DNA of 64,000 nucleotides from Escherichia coli (GTDB lineage Bacteria; Pseudomonadota; Gammaproteobacteria; Enterobacterales; Enterobacteriaceae): NCBI RefSeq assembly GCF_003019035.1, contig NZ_CP027447.1; one strand, 5' to 3'. Shown piece by piece: positions 58,582 to 64,000 of this stretch (position 1 is its first letter; each line of letters starts with the position of its first letter). The notes under the pieces were generated by a model. It saw only the letters and a program-made list of their open reading frames with translations, ran no database searches and was not told where the DNA came from. The position numbers and the translations under genes were made by a program.

Positions 58582-59339
58582 AAATGAATCTCCGCACTTA
58601 AAGGGGCATGATCAGAAAGGTGTCGCCATGTCCGCAGCGGCAACGCGGTTGGCGCGCTGGCGCTGGCATTTTTGACGTAGATCCTGTCCAGTCGTAGTAG
58701 AGGAAATTGCACCGGAAACGTGCGCGCCGGGCGTCCGTGGGCGCGGGTAAAAATCTCATCCAGTCCGGCCTGCATTTTTAACGGATGATTAGCTTTTTGC
58801 CGCCAGTCATTGAAATCACCCGCCACCAATACCGGTTCGCCGTCCGGTAGCTCATTCACCCATTCGGCGAGCATCGCAAGCTGCGCCTGACGGTGCGCCT
58901 CACGCAGGCCCAAATGTACGCACATTACATGAATCGCTTTTCCGGTCATCGGCGGCACAATGCGGCAGTAGAGCACGCCGCGCTTTTCCGCACCATCGAC
59001 CGAAACATCACGATTCTCATAATGTTCAATGGGATAACGTGAAAGAACCGCATTACCGTGATGTCCTTCCGGGTATACGGCATTGCGACCGTAGGCGAAA
59101 TCGCTCCACATGGTGTCGGCGAGAAACTCGTAGTGCGAGGTATCGGGCCAGTTTTCCACATGCAGCGGATGAACTTCGTGCGCGCCCATCACTTCCTGCA
59201 GGCAAACAATATCGGCACTGACGGTACGCACGGCGTCGCGAAGTTCCGGCAAAATGAAGCGTCGGTTAAACGCGGTAAAGCCTTTGTGAATATTGATGGT
59301 GAGCACCTTGAACGAAAATTGTTGTGTTTGATCGGGCAT
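58578..59339 (-). CDS. ybhP: Endonuclease/exonuclease/phosphatase family protein YbhP
   Basis: 253 aa; overlaps clsB start by 4 nt. Confidence 0.92.
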   Translation of the reverse strand: MPDQTQQFSFKVLTINIHKGFTAFNRRFILPELRDAVRTVSADIVCLQEVMGAHEVHPLHVENWPDTSHYEFLADTMWSDFAYGRNAVYPEGHHGNAVLSRYPIEHYENRDVSVDGAEKRGVLYCRIVPPMTGKAIHVMCVHLGLREAHRQAQLAMLAEWVNELPDGEPVLVAGDFNDWRQKANHPLKMQAGLDEIFTRAHGRPARTFPVQFPLLRLDRIYVKNASASAPTALPLRTWRHLSDHAPLSAEIHL

Positions 59340-59471
59340 AATTTTCCTGTCTTTGCCTCTTATCTCATTGAAATAGTGTAGTCGGCGTCACAAAAAGGTG
59401 CGGTCTTACGGAATTTTCCGTAAAGTTCGGTACTCTGAATAAGTAGAGATAAATTCTTCAGGAGAGAAGCC

Positions 59472-59882
59472 ATGAAGTGGCAACAACGTGTTCGTGTCGC
59501 AACTGGCCTAAGTTGCTGGCAGATTATGTTGCATTTACTGGTAGTGGCGCTGCTGGTGGTGGGCTGGATGAGTAAGACTCTGGTTCACGTCGGCGTGGGA
59601 TTATGCGCACTGTATTGTGTCACGGTAGTGATGATGCTGGTGTTTCAGCGCCACCCCGAGCAACGCTGGCGTGAGGTGGCAGACGTGCTGGAAGAGCTGA
59701 CCACGACCTGGTATTTTGGCGCAGCGCTGATTGTGCTGTGGCTGTTGTCCCGCGTACTGGAAAACAACTTTTTGCTGGCAATTGCAGGGCTGGCAATCCT
59801 TGCCGGCCCGGCGGTAGTGTCTTTGCTGGCGAAAGATAAGAAGTTACATCACCTTACGTCTAAACATCGCGTACGCCGCTGA
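59472..59882 (+). CDS. ybhQ: Inner-membrane protein YbhQ
   Basis: 136 aa, hydrophobic segments. Confidence 0.88.
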   Translation: MKWQQRVRVATGLSCWQIMLHLLVVALLVVGWMSKTLVHVGVGLCALYCVTVVMMLVFQRHPEQRWREVADVLEELTTTWYFGAALIVLWLLSRVLENNFLLAIAGLAILAGPAVVSLLAKDKKLHHLTSKHRVRR

Positions 59883-60950
59883 CCCTGTCGTGGCCGTTAT
59901 CACCAGTAGCGGCCACAAACTATTCCACACAATATCCAGACTCGCATCCTTCAAATAAATCTGCTTGGTAATGTCCGTAAAGTGGCGAATAGGGTTAATC
60001 CACGTCAGATTTTGCAGCCACACTGGCATGTTTTCCACCGGCGAAACGTAACCGGAAAGGAGAATGGCGGGCATCATAAAGACAAACACGCCGATAAACG
60101 CCTGCTGTTGTGTCGAGCAGAGTGATGAAATCAACAGACCGAAGCCTACCAGCGATAAACCGTAAATCACCATCGTAAAGTAGAACAGCGCCAGCGATCC
60201 GGCGAAGGGGATTTGATACGCCCAGATACCAATCGCCAGCACAATGGTGGCCTGGAAGGTGGCGACAATTAATGCCGGTACGGCCTTGCCGATGAATATC
60301 TGCCAGGTGGTGAGCGGCGAAACCAGTAACTGATCGAGCGTACCTTGTTCACGTTCGCGGGCGACGGAAAGTGAAGTGACGATCATTACGCCGATAGTGG
60401 TGATCATGGCGATCAGCGACGGCACCACAAACCATTTGTAGTCGAGATTCGGGTTATACCAGTTGCGTACCACCAGCTCGCTGTTGTTGGGTTTCGGTTT
60501 TCCTTCCAGCAGCTCCAGCTGATAATTTTTGACGATCTGTTGCAGGTAGTTGGCGGCAATTTGCGCACTGTTGGAGTTGCGCCCGTCGAGGATCAACTGC
60601 AACGGCGCGGTCTGGAAGGTATCCAGTTTGCGCGAGAAGTCAGCCGGGAAACGCACCAGGAGTAATGCCTTTTGTGTGTCGATGGTTGGGCGGATCTCCT
60701 GCGGGCTTTTCAGCAGCAGCACATGGGTAAAGGCGCTGGCGCGGGCAAAACGTTGAGTAAGTTCTACCGAGTGTTCGCCGTTATCTTCATCGTAGATGGC
60801 GATGGTGGCGTTGGTCACTTCCAGCGTGGCGGCGAACGGGAACAGGATCACCTGAATCAGCACGGGTAAAATCAGAATTGCGCGGGTTTGCGGTTCGCGC
60901 AGCAGCGACTGCAACTCTTTGCGGATTAACGTCCATAAGCGATGAAACAT
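59844..60950 (-). CDS. ybhR: ABC-2 type transporter permease YbhR
   Basis: 368 aa membrane protein. Confidence 0.93.
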   Translation of the reverse strand: MFHRLWTLIRKELQSLLREPQTRAILILPVLIQVILFPFAATLEVTNATIAIYDEDNGEHSVELTQRFARASAFTHVLLLKSPQEIRPTIDTQKALLLVRFPADFSRKLDTFQTAPLQLILDGRNSNSAQIAANYLQQIVKNYQLELLEGKPKPNNSELVVRNWYNPNLDYKWFVVPSLIAMITTIGVMIVTSLSVAREREQGTLDQLLVSPLTTWQIFIGKAVPALIVATFQATIVLAIGIWAYQIPFAGSLALFYFTMVIYGLSLVGFGLLISSLCSTQQQAFIGVFVFMMPAILLSGYVSPVENMPVWLQNLTWINPIRHFTDITKQIYLKDASLDIVWNSLWPLLVITATTGSAAYAMFRRKVM

Positions 60951-60960
60951 GCTCTTCTCC

Positions 60961-62086
60961 CTAATCCAGCCGACGTTTGGTTTTCAGCCACGTCAGGCCG
61001 ATAAACATCACCGCCGAAGCGATCAAAAACAGCACGTTCACCACCAGTACCACCGGAATATTTCCGGCGAGGAACAGGCTTTGCAGGGTGCTGACGAAAT
61101 AACGTGCGGGAATAATGTACGTCACCGCGCGGATCACCGCGGGCATACTGTCTATCTGAAATATAAAGCCGGAAAGCATAATCGACGGCAGAAAAGCCGC
61201 GTTCAGAGCGACCTGAGCGGCATTGAACTGGTTGCGGGTAATCGTCGAAATCAGTAGCCCCATCCCCAGGGTACTGAGTAAAAACAGGCTGGAGATAAAA
61301 AACAGAATCAGCAGTGACCCGCGATACGGCACGCCGAGAATAAACACTGACACCAGCATACACAGCAGCATCGCCAGCATCCCGAGAAAATAATAAGGGA
61401 TCAGCTTACACAGTAGCAGTTCCGTGCGGGTAATCTCCGTAGAGAGCAGAGCCTCCATGGTGCCGCGTTCCCATTCTCGCGCCACCACCAGCGAGGTGAG
61501 GATCGCGCCGATGACCGTCATGATAATGGTCACCGCACCGGGGATAATAAAGTGCTGGCTTATTGCCGCCGGGTTAAACCAGTAGCGGGTTTGTACATCA
61601 ATAAGCGGTTCAAAAGTCTGCCCGTTATCCTCCGCTCGCTGCATTTGCCAGATCTGCCAGATCCCTTCGACATACCCCTGCACAAAGTTAGCGGTATTCG
61701 GCTCACTGCCGTCGGTGATCACCTGAATCGGTGCGGTGGCGTTGGCGCGCTCCATCTGTTCGGCGAAATCCACGGGAATAACCACCAGACCGCGAATTTT
61801 CCCCGCCTGCATTTTGGCGATCAATTCCTGACGGTTATCGCTGATGGTGGCGTCGATGTAGGGCGAACCGGTCATGGTGTGGGTGAAATCCAGCGCCGCT
61901 TCGCTACGCTGTTCCAGTAAAATCCCGACCCGCAGCTTGCTGGAGTCGAGGTTAATGCCGTAACCAAAAATAAACAGCAGTAGCAGCGGGATCACCACCG
62001 CAATCAGCCAGCTACTCGGATCGCGAACGATCTGCCGCGTCTCTTTGACGCACAGCGCCCGCACGCGACGCCAGGACAGGATCGGA

Positions 62087-62094
<8 letters not shown>
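60961..62094 (-). CDS. ybhS: ABC-2 type transporter permease YbhS
   Basis: [23 protein letters not shown]...; start trimmed to 377 aa. Confidence 0.93.

Positions 62095-64000
<1,906 letters not shown>

Overview
This window is an Escherichia coli-type chromosomal segment, largely collinear with the K-12 cydAB to ybhG region, with accessory DNA at two places. Calls rest on reading the supplied ORF translations and the DNA by eye and on recall of well-known E. coli proteins and sites; no database search or computation was run. Core backbone, in order: cydABX-ybgE, ybgC-tolQRA, tolB-pal-cpoB, a seven-gene tRNA operon (lysT-valT-lysW-valZ-lysY-lysZ-lysQ), nadA-pnuC, zitB, ybgS, aroG, gpmA, galETKM, modF, modE, acrZ, modABC, ybhA, pgl, ybhD, ybhHIJ, ybhC, ybhB, bioA and bioBFCD, uvrB, ybhK, moaABCDE, ybhL, ybhN-clsB-ybhP, ybhQ, and ybhRSFG. 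Accessory content: (1) at the left edge, a coenzyme-B12-dependent glutamate mutase operon (glmS-glmL-glmE, methylaspartate pathway) absent from K-12, preceded by an AT-rich segment with two uncharacterised ORFs that share an N-terminal motif; (2) between ybhL and ybhN, two tandem paralogous BI-1/YbhM-like membrane proteins followed by a strongly AT-rich stretch with two small acidic ORFs. The two uncharacterised modules are the best candidates for something undescribed, but neither can be assigned a function from sequence alone. Several track ORFs were trimmed to conserved start codons. No IS elements, integrases, CRISPR arrays or rRNA were seen.
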